From a virus, in IMG/VR virus record IMGVR_UViG_3300044845_000779, positions 4,261-68,260 of that record: a DNA stretch of 64,000 nt. The stretch is one strand, 5' to 3'. Numbering within the stretch: position 1 is the stretch's first letter; each line of letters opens with the position of its first letter. Positions 1-9,753 of the stretch are shown here, one piece after another. Made by a program: the position numbers and the translations under genes. Under the pieces are notes generated by a model that was not told the DNA's origin, made no database searches, and worked only from the letters and a program-made list of their open reading frames with translations.

Positions 1-1
1 T

Positions 2-472
2 CTGGCCGCAGCCAACGCCAAGGTGGCGGCGGTGGCCGAGCTCAAATACGACATGGCGCTGAGCCAGGTCGAGCTCGACTATCCGGCGCTTAACCCGGAC
101 AGCGCCGAATTCGATCGCGACGCGACCGCAGAGGTGGCCGAGCTCATCGACAGCTTCAAGCTCAAGGGCATGGACCCGTCGGCTGCGCTCAGAAAGGCGG
201 TCAAGTACGTGCTGGGCGCCCCCACGAAGGCGGCCGAAGACAACCGCAACGTCGAGCGCGACGGACTGCGCGAAGCCAAGGCGAGCGAGGCACGCAGAAA
301 AGCGGCCGACGCTATTGCGCGTACGCCGGCGAACCTGGCCAAGAGCGGCAAAGACTCTGACACCGCCGGCGGCGCGCTGCCTGACGCTCGCGCCGTGGCC
401 AAGATGAGCCAGGACGAGTTCTCCAAGCTTGACGACACGATGAAAGCCCGCCTGCGCGGCGACGACATCTGA
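2..472 (+). CDS. Probable capsid scaffold protein, C-terminal part (5' truncated)
   Basis: Frame open from window start; charged helical protein ending MSQDEFSKLDDTMKARLRGD; upstream of the capsid gene. Confidence 0.65.
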   Translation: MAAANAKVAAVAELKYDMALSQVELDYPALNPDSAEFDRDATAEVAELIDSFKLKGMDPSAALRKAVKYVLGAPTKAAEDNRNVERDGLREAKASEARRKAADAIARTPANLAKSGKDSDTAGGALPDARAVAKMSQDEFSKLDDTMKARLRGDDI

Positions 473-588
473 TTCTCGAGTCTCCTAGGCCAGGCGGCGC
501 TGCCACGTCGCCCGGCATCTCACTGTCTTATTACCCCATTACCCTGCCCGAATGCCCCATTTGCCCAGCCCGCACTTTCGAGGATTCG

Positions 589-858
589 ATGCGCAAGAAG
601 GCCCAGCTTGTACTTATCCGGTGGGTAGACGCAGCGATGAGCTGCGCGCCGCACTGGCAGCCGGGGCAACGCCCCGAAGCTCCTAAAAAGAAAGGTCTGC
701 ACGCCTGCGAGACCGTGGGTTTTTTGGCCCACCTCGACGAAGAGTGGGCGCAGGTCTACTCCACGCATGCAGAAGGCAACCACGCCCATGTGACGGAGAT
801 CCCGCGCGGCATGATCCGCTCGATCACGGTGCTCACCGAAGGCGAGGCGCTGCCGTGA
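589..858 (+). CDS. Hypothetical phage protein (89 aa)
   Basis: GAGGA RBS; IRWVDA...TVGFL...IPRGMI pattern typical of a small phage family; GTGA overlap with the next gene. Confidence 0.7.
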   Translation: MRKKAQLVLIRWVDAAMSCAPHWQPGQRPEAPKKKGLHACETVGFLAHLDEEWAQVYSTHAEGNHAHVTEIPRGMIRSITVLTEGEALP

Positions 859-1253
859 TCAGAACCTGCTCGAAGTGCAAGACCGACAAACCGCTAAACC
901 GCGAGTTTTTCAGCCCCGATGCAGCCAAGCCCACGGGCTTTCACTCGTGGTGCAAGGCGTGCCGTGCAGGCCACCGGCGCTACACATCGAACGGCAAATT
1001 TCGCCACGCTGTGAGCGACAAACTGCTGGGCGTGCTGCGCGAATACGTCAAGACCTGCATGATCTGTAAGTCTTCCGAGGCGCTGGTCGTCGATCACGAC
1101 CACGAAACCGGGCGCGTGCGCGGCATGCTGTGCCAGCACTGCAACCGAGGGCTTGGCCAGTTCAAGGATTCGCCCGAGATCATCAGGGCCGCCGAGCGCT
1201 ATTTGAGCGAGAACGACAAGGCCGGACCAGAAGCAAAAAAAGGCCGCAGCTGA
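855..1253 (+). CDS. Endonuclease VII-type HNH homing-like endonuclease
   Basis: CSKC..CKAC zinc motifs and CMIC...[23 protein letters not shown] motif; GTG start at 855 inferred. Confidence 0.9.
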   Translation: MIRTCSKCKTDKPLNREFFSPDAAKPTGFHSWCKACRAGHRRYTSNGKFRHAVSDKLLGVLREYVKTCMICKSSEALVVDHDHETGRVRGMLCQHCNRGLGQFKDSPEIIRAAERYLSENDKAGPEAKKGRS

Positions 1254-1259
1254 TTATTG

Positions 1260-1289
1260 TTGCGCCCTTGTATCTTAATGTCTTACAAT
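1260..1289 (+). promoter_or_regulatory. Sigma70-like promoter for the capsid operon
   Basis: TTGCGC (1260-1265), 18 nt, TACAAT (1284-1289). Confidence 0.6.
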
Positions 1290-1302
1290 CTGTCTTATCG
1301 GT

Positions 1303-1420
1303 ATTCAGCCCGACAGCCTGAATCGAGTCCCGACCTCGGAAAACGTCGATCTGTTTCGCGCGCCCGACGCGTCATTCGGAAACACATCGTTTTTTTCCAT
1401 TCATTTTATGAGGTCGCACA
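1303..1420 (+). promoter_or_regulatory. Structured 5' leader of the major capsid gene
   Basis: Three hairpins containing CCCGAC; CGACCTC (1331-1337) complementary to SD region GAGGTCG (1410-1416). Confidence 0.55.
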
Positions 1421-2533
1421 ATGGCATTGACCAATTTCGCGAATCTGACCACCGAACAAAAGACCATCTGGTCGATGGATCTGTGGAAGGCCGCCCGCAA
1501 CTACTCGTTCGTCAACAAGTTCCTGGGCAAAGACACCAACTCGCTCATCCAGCACGTCACTGAGCTGAAAAAGTCGGAGAAAGGCGCTCGTGCAGTGATG
1601 ACCCTGCTCGCCGACCTGACCGGCGACGGCGTCGCGGGCGACCGCACGCTGGAAGGCAACGAAGAGGCGCTGCAGACTTCGGATCAAGTGATCCGTATCG
1701 ACCAGATGCGCCACGCCAACCGCCACGAAGGTCGCATGGCCGATCAGAAGTCGGTTGTCGAGTTCCGCGGCAACAGCAAAGACGTGCTCGCCTACTGGCT
1801 GGCCGACCGCATCGACCAACTCGCGTTTCTCACCCTGTCGGGCGTGGCTTACAGCCAGCGCAACAACGGCGCGGCGCGCGTGGGTTCGGACTTCCCGTTC
1901 CTGGAGTTCGCCGCTGACGTCGCCGCCCCCTCGAACCTGCGCGTCGCGCGCTGGAACGGCACCACCAAGTCTCTCGTCGTGGGCGGCGCAAGCTCGGCGG
2001 TTGCCGCAGCCGACACCCCGATGTGGGAGTGCTTTGTTCAGCTCAAGGCCTTTGCCAAGGACCAGTACGTCCGTGGCGTCAAGGAAAGCGGTGGCGAGGA
2101 GTGCTACCACGCGTTCCTGACCCCGCAGGCCATGGCCAAGCTCAAGCTGGACGCGACGTACATGCTCAACGTGCGTCACGCAGTCACCCGCGGCAAAGAG
2201 AACCCGCTCTTCTCCGGCGACACCGTGAAGATCGACGGGATCTACTTCCACGAGTTCCGCCACGTCTACAACACGGCGGGTGCGGCTTCGGGTTCGAAGT
2301 TCGGCTCGGGCGGCACGGTTGACGGCTGCCAGGTCCTGTTCTGCGGTGCGCAGGCGCTCGGTATGGCCGACATCGGCAACCCCGAGTGGGTCGAGAAGGG
2401 CTTCGACTACGAGAACCAGCAGGGCATCTCGGTCTCGAAGATCGCGGGCTTCATGAAGCCCAAGTTCACCAGCATCTACGCAGGTAACACCGCGCAAGAC
2501 TTCGGTGTGATCTCTTGCTACGTTGCGCAGTAA
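1421..2533 (+). CDS. Major capsid protein (N4-gp56/DUF4043-like)
   Basis: 370 aa; GDGVAGDRTLEGNEEAL, IRIDQMRHA, NPLFSG, LFCGAQAL, FDYENQQGIS motifs; strong codon bias. Confidence 0.92.
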   Translation: MALTNFANLTTEQKTIWSMDLWKAARNYSFVNKFLGKDTNSLIQHVTELKKSEKGARAVMTLLADLTGDGVAGDRTLEGNEEALQTSDQVIRIDQMRHANRHEGRMADQKSVVEFRGNSKDVLAYWLADRIDQLAFLTLSGVAYSQRNNGAARVGSDFPFLEFAADVAAPSNLRVARWNGTTKSLVVGGASSAVAAADTPMWECFVQLKAFAKDQYVRGVKESGGEECYHAFLTPQAMAKLKLDATYMLNVRHAVTRGKENPLFSGDTVKIDGIYFHEFRHVYNTAGAASGSKFGSGGTVDGCQVLFCGAQALGMADIGNPEWVEKGFDYENQQGISVSKIAGFMKPKFTSIYAGNTAQDFGVISCYVAQ

Positions 2534-2571
2534 GCGCGGCCTGCTGACAACCCACACACGAGGTACATGAA

Positions 2572-3033
2572 ATGCCCCTTCTGAAAATGAATCGCGGCGC
2601 ACAACGCGTCGTCGAAGGCCAGTTCGAGGCCGCCATCGCTGACACCATGCGCAACAGCTCTGGTGTCGTCCAGGCGATCAATGCCACCGCCGGTGTATTC
2701 GACGTCATCGGGCTGCCGGCTGGCGCCATCGTGCTGCGCGGCACGCTGGTTGTCGACACGGCGTTCAACACCACCGGCACGGCCACCATCGCCATCGGCG
2801 ACTCGGCCTCGGCCTCGCGCTACTTGGCCGCAACCAACCTGAAGGCCGCGGGCGCGACCGCGTTCTTGGCCGCCAGCGCCGGTTACCGTAACAGCGCCGG
2901 CCTGCCGGTGCGCATCACGCTGGCCCTGGCCGACGCCGCCGGCACCGCCGGCTCGTTCCGAATCACGGTCCAGTACATCATCGACGGTCGCGTCGAGGAG
3001 ATCGCTCGGTCGTACCCGGCCAACCAGCTCTGA
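2572..3033 (+). CDS. Virion structural protein (capsid decoration-like)
   Basis: Follows the capsid gene before a terminator; LPAGAIV..G..VVDTAFN...IGD pattern. Confidence 0.65.
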   Translation: MPLLKMNRGAQRVVEGQFEAAIADTMRNSSGVVQAINATAGVFDVIGLPAGAIVLRGTLVVDTAFNTTGTATIAIGDSASASRYLAATNLKAAGATAFLAASAGYRNSAGLPVRITLALADAAGTAGSFRITVQYIIDGRVEEIARSYPANQL

Positions 3034-3047
3034 GCTTGACGTAGTGC

Positions 3048-3078
3048 CCCGGGGGCTTTACACCCCCGGGATTTTTTT
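3048..3078 (+). terminator. Rho-independent terminator
   Basis: CCCGGGGG/CCCCCGGG stem followed by T7. Confidence 0.88.
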
Positions 3079-3107
3079 AACCGCCACACTTAACTCAGGA
3101 GCTGCCA

Positions 3108-3527
3108 ATGCCCCTCATGCAACTGCATCGCAATTTCCGGCTTGCCACGACCAAGGGCCATTCGGTCCAGTTCGAGGCCAACCAGCCCACCTACGTCCCG
3201 CCCACCATTGTGGCCGAGGCGATCGCCATCGGCGCCGAGATGGCCGCCGACGACAGCAAGCCCGACATGACTCCTGTTGACGCACCCGCGCCCAACTCAG
3301 GCCCGGCTGACGCCGCCGCGCGCGAGGCCGATATCTTGGCCGCGATCAACGTGCTCGTGCAGCGCAACGACCGCGAGGATTTCACCGGTGGTGGCTTGCC
3401 CAAGCTTTACGCCGTAGCCGCTCTGCTGGGCTACAAGACCGACAGAAAAGAACTCGAGGCCGTCTGGCTCAAGCGCGCAGAAATGATTGTCGCGGGTCTG
3501 CTGGGCCCGGACGGCGAGAAAGCGTGA
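3108..3527 (+). CDS. Hypothetical virion morphogenesis protein
   Basis: AGGAG RBS; 139 aa; DFTGGGLPK motif; position in the head module. Confidence 0.65.
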   Translation: MPLMQLHRNFRLATTKGHSVQFEANQPTYVPPTIVAEAIAIGAEMAADDSKPDMTPVDAPAPNSGPADAAAREADILAAINVLVQRNDREDFTGGGLPKLYAVAALLGYKTDRKELEAVWLKRAEMIVAGLLGPDGEKA

Positions 3528-3528
3528 C

Positions 3529-4209
3529 GTGAATTCGTCCGACCTCTACGATCGGTTTCGCGCGGACGTATTTGATACGCGCCAGCCCTATCTGTGGTCG
3601 GACCTCGAGGTCTATTCGTACATGGACGCGGCCCAGAAGCAGTTCTGCCGGCGCGCCGGTGGGATTCTGGATTCGACCTCGGATCTGACGCAGCTCAGCT
3701 TTGCGGCCAACCAGGTCTGGGTAGCTACAAGCCCGTTGATCCTGGCGGTTCAGCGCGCGCAGCGCCTGTCAGACTTTCAAAGAGTCGACGTCTTGTCGGT
3801 AGAAGAGTTGACGCGCCTGAGCGACGGCAACGACTACGGCACGCAGCGGCAGTTCCGTCTGGACAATCAGACCGGCGAAGTCCGCTACGCGATCAACAAC
3901 CTCGAGGTCGACAAGCTGCGCTTGCTGCGCATTCCGAAGGCTGCCGACACGATCGCGCTCACCGTATACCGCTTGCCGCTCAAAAGCATCTCGGATGCCG
4001 ACCAGAAGTTTGAAATTGCCGAGCAGCACCACGAGTATCTGCTGTGGGGGATGAAGGCGCTGGCCTATCTGAAGCAAGACGCGGAGACGCGCGATGACGG
4101 CAAGGCGCAAAGGTTTCAGCAACAATTTTTGGCCTACTGCGAGCAGGCCCGACAGGAGCGCGAGCGGCGCGAGCACAAACCGCGCTCGATGACCTACGGG
4201 GGTATCTGA
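3529..4209 (+). CDS. Probable head-tail adaptor protein
   Basis: PYLWSDLEVYSYMDAAQKQFCR N-terminus and HEYLLWGMKALAYLKQDAE C-terminus; GTG start inferred. Confidence 0.65.
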   Translation: MNSSDLYDRFRADVFDTRQPYLWSDLEVYSYMDAAQKQFCRRAGGILDSTSDLTQLSFAANQVWVATSPLILAVQRAQRLSDFQRVDVLSVEELTRLSDGNDYGTQRQFRLDNQTGEVRYAINNLEVDKLRLLRIPKAADTIALTVYRLPLKSISDADQKFEIAEQHHEYLLWGMKALAYLKQDAETRDDGKAQRFQQQFLAYCEQARQERERREHKPRSMTYGGI

Positions 4210-4562
4210 TGGCGGTCTTTAAGGTCAAACTTTCGATCCTGCAAGGTTCGACGTTTCGCAAGCAGTTCGTCTGGAAGACCGGTAACCCGGCTGTGATCGT
4301 GGACCTGACGGGCTACACCGCCCGCATGCAGATCCGCGCGGAGCTTGGGTCCAGCACGGTGCTCAAGGAGCTCACGACCGCCAACGGCGGCATTACGCTT
4401 GGCGGCGCTGCCGGCACGATTGATCTGTTCATTTCGGCGACGGACACCGCAGGCTTTGCCTGGGAATCGGGTGTGTATGACATCGAGCTCATCCAGCCCA
4501 ACGGCGAGGTGCAGCGCAAGATCGAAGGTGCGGTTGTGGTTTCGCCCGAGGTCACCCGGTGA
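4209..4562 (+). CDS. Virion/tail-associated protein
   Basis: DLTGYTARMQIR...GVYDIEL...PEVTR pattern common next to tail fibre genes. Confidence 0.7.
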   Translation: MAVFKVKLSILQGSTFRKQFVWKTGNPAVIVDLTGYTARMQIRAELGSSTVLKELTTANGGITLGGAAGTIDLFISATDTAGFAWESGVYDIELIQPNGEVQRKIEGAVVVSPEVTR

Positions 4563-4942
4563 GCCAGGAGATTCTGGTTCTGACAGACACGAACACCGAA
4601 ACACTGGTGCTCGAGGAAGTTCAGCACCTGATTGAGCGGATTACACAAGTCGAGGTGCTGGATGCCAACGAGGCGGCGCAGACACTCGAGATTGTGACTG
4701 CAGGCCCACAGGGGCCAGCCGGAACCAACGAGGACGACATGCCCTACACCAAGCGCATCGATTTCGTGGGCGACACGACCATGTACAAAGGCGAAGCGGA
4801 CCCGGGCACAGCCGAGTCGGCCGCTAAGTGGCGCATTCAGCGCCTGACCTTCGTGGGTGACGACGTGACCTACGAGTGGGCCGCAGGCACCGCCGCATTC
4901 GACAAAGTCTGGGCCAACCGGGCCGCACTGAGCTACATGTAA
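4559..4942 (+). CDS. Tail-associated protein with short collagen-like linker
   Basis: GPQGPAG linker then AKWRIQR...FDKVWANRAALSY domain; coupled overlaps. Confidence 0.65.
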   Translation: MSQEILVLTDTNTETLVLEEVQHLIERITQVEVLDANEAAQTLEIVTAGPQGPAGTNEDDMPYTKRIDFVGDTTMYKGEADPGTAESAAKWRIQRLTFVGDDVTYEWAAGTAAFDKVWANRAALSYM

Positions 4943-7266
4943 TGACGTTTTCGGTCGCCGGCAGCGTTATCACGCAGGCCAACGAGTCTGGCATCGCCAT
5001 TACTGGGGCGGCCTCGATTGCGGGTGGTGTGCGGTTTACCTGCACGCAGTCGTATGTGGCGGGCAATGTCGTCCGCATCACAGGCACCACGAGCTATAAC
5101 GGCAACTGGATGGTGGCTGCCAGAACCGCGACAACCTTCGACGTTCTGGAAAGCGCACAGGGCACGGGGATCACGTTCGTTTCGAGTCAGTCTGGCACTG
5201 CGGCACGGGGCGATGCAAGCCTCGCGGGGTTGAGCGGCCTTACTGGCGTGACGACTACGAGTGTGGATGCCTCCAGCGGCTATGTGATTTACCTGCTCGG
5301 CGACAACGTCAAGCTGCAAGTCAACGGCACGTTGGTCATCGGCGGTCTGCGAGAGATCAACTCGACCCTTCTTGGTCACAACGAGCAACTGGTGATCGGT
5401 CAAAACGCGATCAGCACGGGTCAGCCGGTCCTTCGCGTTGGGAGCGGCGGCGTTTTGGTGGTGGGTTGCCGGTACACGAACACCGTCAACTACACCGGGA
5501 CGACTGCCCCGCAATACACCGACGGGATCTCTCAGCAAGTCCTGATTTACCAGAAAGGTCAGTACGGGAGAAGCACCGCCGATGGTGACGGGGCGACTAA
5601 CCCAGCGACTAACCCAGCGCCAGCGACTTGCTTTCTGGCAATTTCAAGCGGTGCGCGGTTCGACTGGATCAGCGGGACAATCGATCACTGGGCCGACATG
5701 GTTTTTGACAGCGGCTCAACCGTGACCATTGGCTTTGAAGGGCAGCGAAACAAGCCGGTCACGGACAGCCGTCGCGGTTCGATGGTCATTTGGTTCAAGC
5801 CGGGAAGCTCGGTTTCGATCTTCGCCCTCAAGGCAATTGGTGATCGCGGCATCAATGTGACCAATGTCGCCAACACTGGTCGCGGTCCCACTTTTCAAAT
5901 GCTGCAAGGCCCGGCGGTATTCAAGGGCTTCGAGGGTTTCTGGTGGCGCTGTGTCGTGGGCCTCGCGAATGGCACGGGTGTCGGCGGCGCCTTTACCATC
6001 GAAGACTACGCGGGTGCTTTGGGAAGTGAGCTTGACATTGCGAAAGCTGTGCCGGCAGGACAAACGCTGCTCGTCACTTTCAAAAACAGCGCGGTCGGCA
6101 CGACGATGGTTGTTGTTGATGCCTCCCTAGGAACCGTGCTGCTGTACGTCACTCAAAAGCTCACCGCTACGGTGAGAACGACCGGCGGCGCGGCAATTCA
6201 GGACGCGGTGATTTGGACGATCAGCAATGCCGCCGTGCAAAGTTTGGGCGTCACCGATGCCAGCGGACAGGTAATGATCGACAACATCGAGACTGGCTTC
6301 TCTCCTGACAATCAAGGGAGCGTCACTTTGCGGTTTGCAGCGGGCGACGTGGCGACCTGGAACGTCCGGGCCTACCAAAGTTTGTCTGCTGTCTATCAGG
6401 TCACCATGCGGGGTATCGGTGGCTCGACGGTTGCGCCTGCGATGGTGAACGACTCTGCTGTCACGCTGAGTCGCTCTGCGGCGGGCGCACTGGCGAGCGT
6501 GGCTACGCTGGACAATTTTTACGACGCCGCGAAGTTCTGGAACGTCAGTAGCGCGAACGTCAATTTCCCGACCGCATCAACTCAAGTCGCCACGGCAGCA
6601 GGCGCTACGCTTGATCTGGGCGCGCTGAATGTGGTTGTGGATGCGACGGCGGCGAGTGCCTTTGCAGTCAACACCGGCACAAACACGGTCACGATCAAAA
6701 GCACGACGCTTGAGGTCGGGTCGAAATTCAGCACCCTAAAAACGACTGGCACGATTTCCTTTGTCAATGGCGCAGACGCTACCTGTACGCTTCAGGGCAT
6801 TGTCGTTCGCGGCACTACCGGCGTGTATTCGCCCAAACTCGAAACCGCCACGATGCGGTTCACTGCTGCGGGCACCTATGACCTTCGCGGCGCGACAATC
6901 AGCGGCACCCTGACGCTCACAAACACCAGCGGCGGTGCGGTGACGGTCCAGCTTCAGCCTGGCGTGACCTTCGTGAACAGCGGACCAAGCATCACGGTGG
7001 ATAACGCCGTGAGCGCAACGCTCACCATTGACGGCATTGTTTCCGGCTCGCGCATTTTGATCCGACGCACCGACACGCTTGCGGTGCTGGCCAACGCGGT
7101 CACTGGAACGTCTTACGCGTACCCCTATGTTGTATCGGGGTCTTTGCCTGTCGAGATCGTGTTGCGAAACGCAAGCGGGTCGCCCGCTTATCAGCAGTGG
7201 CGCACGACGACGACGCTTGCAGGCGTGAACGCCACCATCACCGCCGCGCAACTTTCCGACGAATAA
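4942..7266 (+). CDS. Large beta-rich adhesin/tail-fibre-like protein (774 aa)
   Basis: Thr/Gly/Val/Ala-rich ORF in the tail module; ATG overlaps the upstream stop. Confidence 0.6.
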   Translation: MTFSVAGSVITQANESGIAITGAASIAGGVRFTCTQSYVAGNVVRITGTTSYNGNWMVAARTATTFDVLESAQGTGITFVSSQSGTAARGDASLAGLSGLTGVTTTSVDASSGYVIYLLGDNVKLQVNGTLVIGGLREINSTLLGHNEQLVIGQNAISTGQPVLRVGSGGVLVVGCRYTNTVNYTGTTAPQYTDGISQQVLIYQKGQYGRSTADGDGATNPATNPAPATCFLAISSGARFDWISGTIDHWADMVFDSGSTVTIGFEGQRNKPVTDSRRGSMVIWFKPGSSVSIFALKAIGDRGINVTNVANTGRGPTFQMLQGPAVFKGFEGFWWRCVVGLANGTGVGGAFTIEDYAGALGSELDIAKAVPAGQTLLVTFKNSAVGTTMVVVDASLGTVLLYVTQKLTATVRTTGGAAIQDAVIWTISNAAVQSLGVTDASGQVMIDNIETGFSPDNQGSVTLRFAAGDVATWNVRAYQSLSAVYQVTMRGIGGSTVAPAMVNDSAVTLSRSAAGALASVATLDNFYDAAKFWNVSSANVNFPTASTQVATAAGATLDLGALNVVVDATAASAFAVNTGTNTVTIKSTTLEVGSKFSTLKTTGTISFVNGADATCTLQGIVVRGTTGVYSPKLETATMRFTAAGTYDLRGATISGTLTLTNTSGGAVTVQLQPGVTFVNSGPSITVDNAVSATLTIDGIVSGSRILIRRTDTLAVLANAVTGTSYAYPYVVSGSLPVEIVLRNASGSPAYQQWRTTTTLAGVNATITAAQLSDE

Positions 7267-7278
7267 GGAGTTTTTGCC

Positions 7279-8715
7279 ATGCCAATCGCGGCTGACTTTT
7301 CAATCTCTGCAACCGGCGACATTCGGCACACCAGCGGCACCACCGTTTACACCGTGCTGGAATTGCACGAGTTCCTGCAAGGTTTGTCCGATGATGAGTC
7401 GGCGGTCGGCAACGATTTGGTCGCCATCACGACGCCGAACCCATCAAAGCTGGACGGCCCGCGAGACGTTGCTGTGGCCTCCCGATTGAACCTGCTGACC
7501 GAGGGAGCGGTTGCCTACAATCTCGACGACGACGCAGCCCAGTACATCAATTTTGGCTCGATCAAGCAGACCGCAGCGGCAGTTCAGTATTCCGGCCTCA
7601 AGAGCATTGGCAACATTGTCGCGGCCTCGCCGGTCTACGTTGTTCAAAGCGGCAACAAGCTGACGAAGTTTTGGGCTGACGGGCACATCCAGATCCTTGT
7701 CAAAGTTCGCACGGGCGGCACTCTGATCGACTCGGGCAATGTGACCGCGTTCTCGCGCAAGTGGGGTCAGGCTTACTCGCACTTTGATGTGAACTTGTCG
7801 GCGGGTGGTGAGAGCAACGCCGCTCTTTCGACGGCGCTTGACGATAGCATCGTGCTGTCCGAGGCCGCCGCTGGCGCGCTTTCAGCGAAAGTTGCGATCA
7901 CGGTTGGCGACACCAATCAAGACCTCGGCAACGGCAACGGCAGCAAGCTGTACAAGGGAACCATCACTCTGACCGGCGGCGCGACTTTGCAGGAGGCCTA
8001 TCAATACCTCCAGTACCTTGCACGAGAGAACTCGGCCGCTACCGTCAACGGCGTGCCCGGCTGGCGCTACCGCGTGCTGAATGCGGCCTACACTGAGATT
8101 CCTATCGCGCCTTTCGGAACCTTTGCGGGCGGCACGTTTTTCGTCGCTCGGGGCTGGTTCATCACGGGCGTTTTGCCCGCCGAGGCGACACGTTATCGAC
8201 TGATCGCGCACGACGGCACCCCGCAAGTTCCACCCACACTGGTAGGGATTGCAGTCGGCAATCTGGTTGCTGGCGACCGGGTGCTTGTGACTCGCGACAA
8301 CGGGTCTGGCGGCATTCTGAAAGATGAATACACGCCGGTGGCGGCGTCGATCGGCGCGACCTCGATTCAAGTCGTCGAGTCGATCAAGACCGACACACCG
8401 GCGTCGGGCGCTATTCGCATCAAGGGCCTCAGATACACCTACTCGTCCTTCAATGCGGGCACAAAGACTTTCAGCGGTCTGTCGCCGGGGCTGGCGAGCA
8501 ATATCGTCACTGGCGACGATGTGTTCGTTCCGCTCATCGACCGGCAGGCGGCTGGCGCGTCCGAGTCGGTGACGTTCATTTTTGCCAACAATTACACTGC
8601 TCGCGTGGACGTTCGGCAGGGCTCAGGTGCATCGCCGATCATCCCGTTCACCACAGCCTTGAGCGTGACCAGCGCAGGCGCTTCGGTTAACGCCAGCCGC
8701 AACAGCGATGTGTAA
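7279..8715 (+). CDS. Putative virion structural protein (478 aa)
   Basis: TAAGGAG RBS; beta-rich composition; tail module. Confidence 0.6.
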   Translation: MPIAADFSISATGDIRHTSGTTVYTVLELHEFLQGLSDDESAVGNDLVAITTPNPSKLDGPRDVAVASRLNLLTEGAVAYNLDDDAAQYINFGSIKQTAAAVQYSGLKSIGNIVAASPVYVVQSGNKLTKFWADGHIQILVKVRTGGTLIDSGNVTAFSRKWGQAYSHFDVNLSAGGESNAALSTALDDSIVLSEAAAGALSAKVAITVGDTNQDLGNGNGSKLYKGTITLTGGATLQEAYQYLQYLARENSAATVNGVPGWRYRVLNAAYTEIPIAPFGTFAGGTFFVARGWFITGVLPAEATRYRLIAHDGTPQVPPTLVGIAVGNLVAGDRVLVTRDNGSGGILKDEYTPVAASIGATSIQVVESIKTDTPASGAIRIKGLRYTYSSFNAGTKTFSGLSPGLASNIVTGDDVFVPLIDRQAAGASESVTFIFANNYTARVDVRQGSGASPIIPFTTALSVTSAGASVNASRNSDV

Positions 8716-9230
8716 TGGCTTTTTACTCAGCCCCGTTCACTTTTGACTTTGGCACATCGAAGGTTGATGTCGATGCAGGCTCGGTCGACATCGACTGCGC
8801 GACGCTGTACACGGCATGCAAGCTTGCGCAGGCATCTGTTGAGGGAGTCATTTATGAGCGAATTGCCGCAGGATCAGGACTCAACGAACTCGGACCAGGA
8901 GTCCAGGTCGGTCTCACCCTCGAACTTTTGGGGCCGTGGCAGCTTCGTTTCCCGGCAGGAAACTACGTCGCCCGCGTTGCCGGTGGAAACCTCATCGGAG
9001 GCCCCGGTGGAGACCCCATCGCCTACACCGCTGGCGTCCAGACACTTCTGATCCAGTCGGCGGCTTCGACTGTCGTGACCGCTGGCGGCAGCAGCGGAAG
9101 CGCCACACCGACGCAGGTCGCACAGGCTGTCTGGGATCGGCAGGTCGCGCTGCACGCAGTTAGCGGCAGCTTCGGAAAACTTTTGTCGGGTGTGCTGACT
9201 GTCGCTAAATTCTTGGGGCTGACAAAGTGA
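8715..9230 (+). CDS. Putative virion protein (171 aa)
   Basis: Coupled to the upstream gene; C-terminal VAQAVWD...GSFGK motif. Confidence 0.6.
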   Translation: MAFYSAPFTFDFGTSKVDVDAGSVDIDCATLYTACKLAQASVEGVIYERIAAGSGLNELGPGVQVGLTLELLGPWQLRFPAGNYVARVAGGNLIGGPGGDPIAYTAGVQTLLIQSAASTVVTAGGSSGSATPTQVAQAVWDRQVALHAVSGSFGKLLSGVLTVAKFLGLTK

Positions 9231-9595
9231 CAACCCAATATCTGGTCGTATCCGAGCAGGACCCGATTTACCTGACCGACGTGGCTGTGGGCCCTCAAGG
9301 GCCGGCAGGCACCGCGCAGACCGCTGCCGCAGGGCTTGTAGCCACCGGCGTAAATAGCGCTACCGCCCTGGCGCTGACTGCGGGCTACAACGTGGTGGCG
9401 ACCACCCCAACGAACTCGGGCGTGAAGCTGCCCAACGTGATCGGCGCACCGGTGTGGGTCTACAACGCCGGAGCCAACACGCTCTTGGTCTACCCGCCCT
9501 CGGGCACGATCGACGGGCTTAGCTCGCGCACGCTGGCCGCAGGCAGTCGCGCCAGCTTCGTGCAGATCACATCCGGTGTGTGGTACTTGGTTTGA
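9227..9595 (+). CDS. Small tail-fibre-like protein
   Basis: GPQGPAGT linker; GVKLP...VYNAGANTLLVYP...W domain. Confidence 0.6.
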   Translation: MTTQYLVVSEQDPIYLTDVAVGPQGPAGTAQTAAAGLVATGVNSATALALTAGYNVVATTPTNSGVKLPNVIGAPVWVYNAGANTLLVYPPSGTIDGLSSRTLAAGSRASFVQITSGVWYLV

Positions 9596-9601
9596 TCCAA
9601 G

Positions 9602-9753
9602 TATCTAACACTCTCATCATGCTCTATAATCTGTCTGATTCTCGGCAGATTGTGGGGCGCAGAATCCGGCCGCGCCCAGCTGCGGTGGCCTCGGTGAGAG
9701 GCTGGCAGGCCTCACATAACCGCAGCACCCTTTAAACAGAATGCGAGGAATAG
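9602..9753 (+). promoter_or_regulatory. Promoter (TATAAT 9625-9630) and structured leader of a second tail operon
   Basis: Perfect -10 box; stems AATCTGTC/GGCAGATT, GGGCGC/GCGCCC, GCTGCGGT/ACCGCAGC; GAGGA RBS. Confidence 0.5.

Noticed and set aside
1406-2602. Long antisense ORFs (e.g. 1406-2602, 25734-27131, 57347-58189)
   Set aside because: Shadow frames of GC-rich, codon-biased genes, without RBS or motifs
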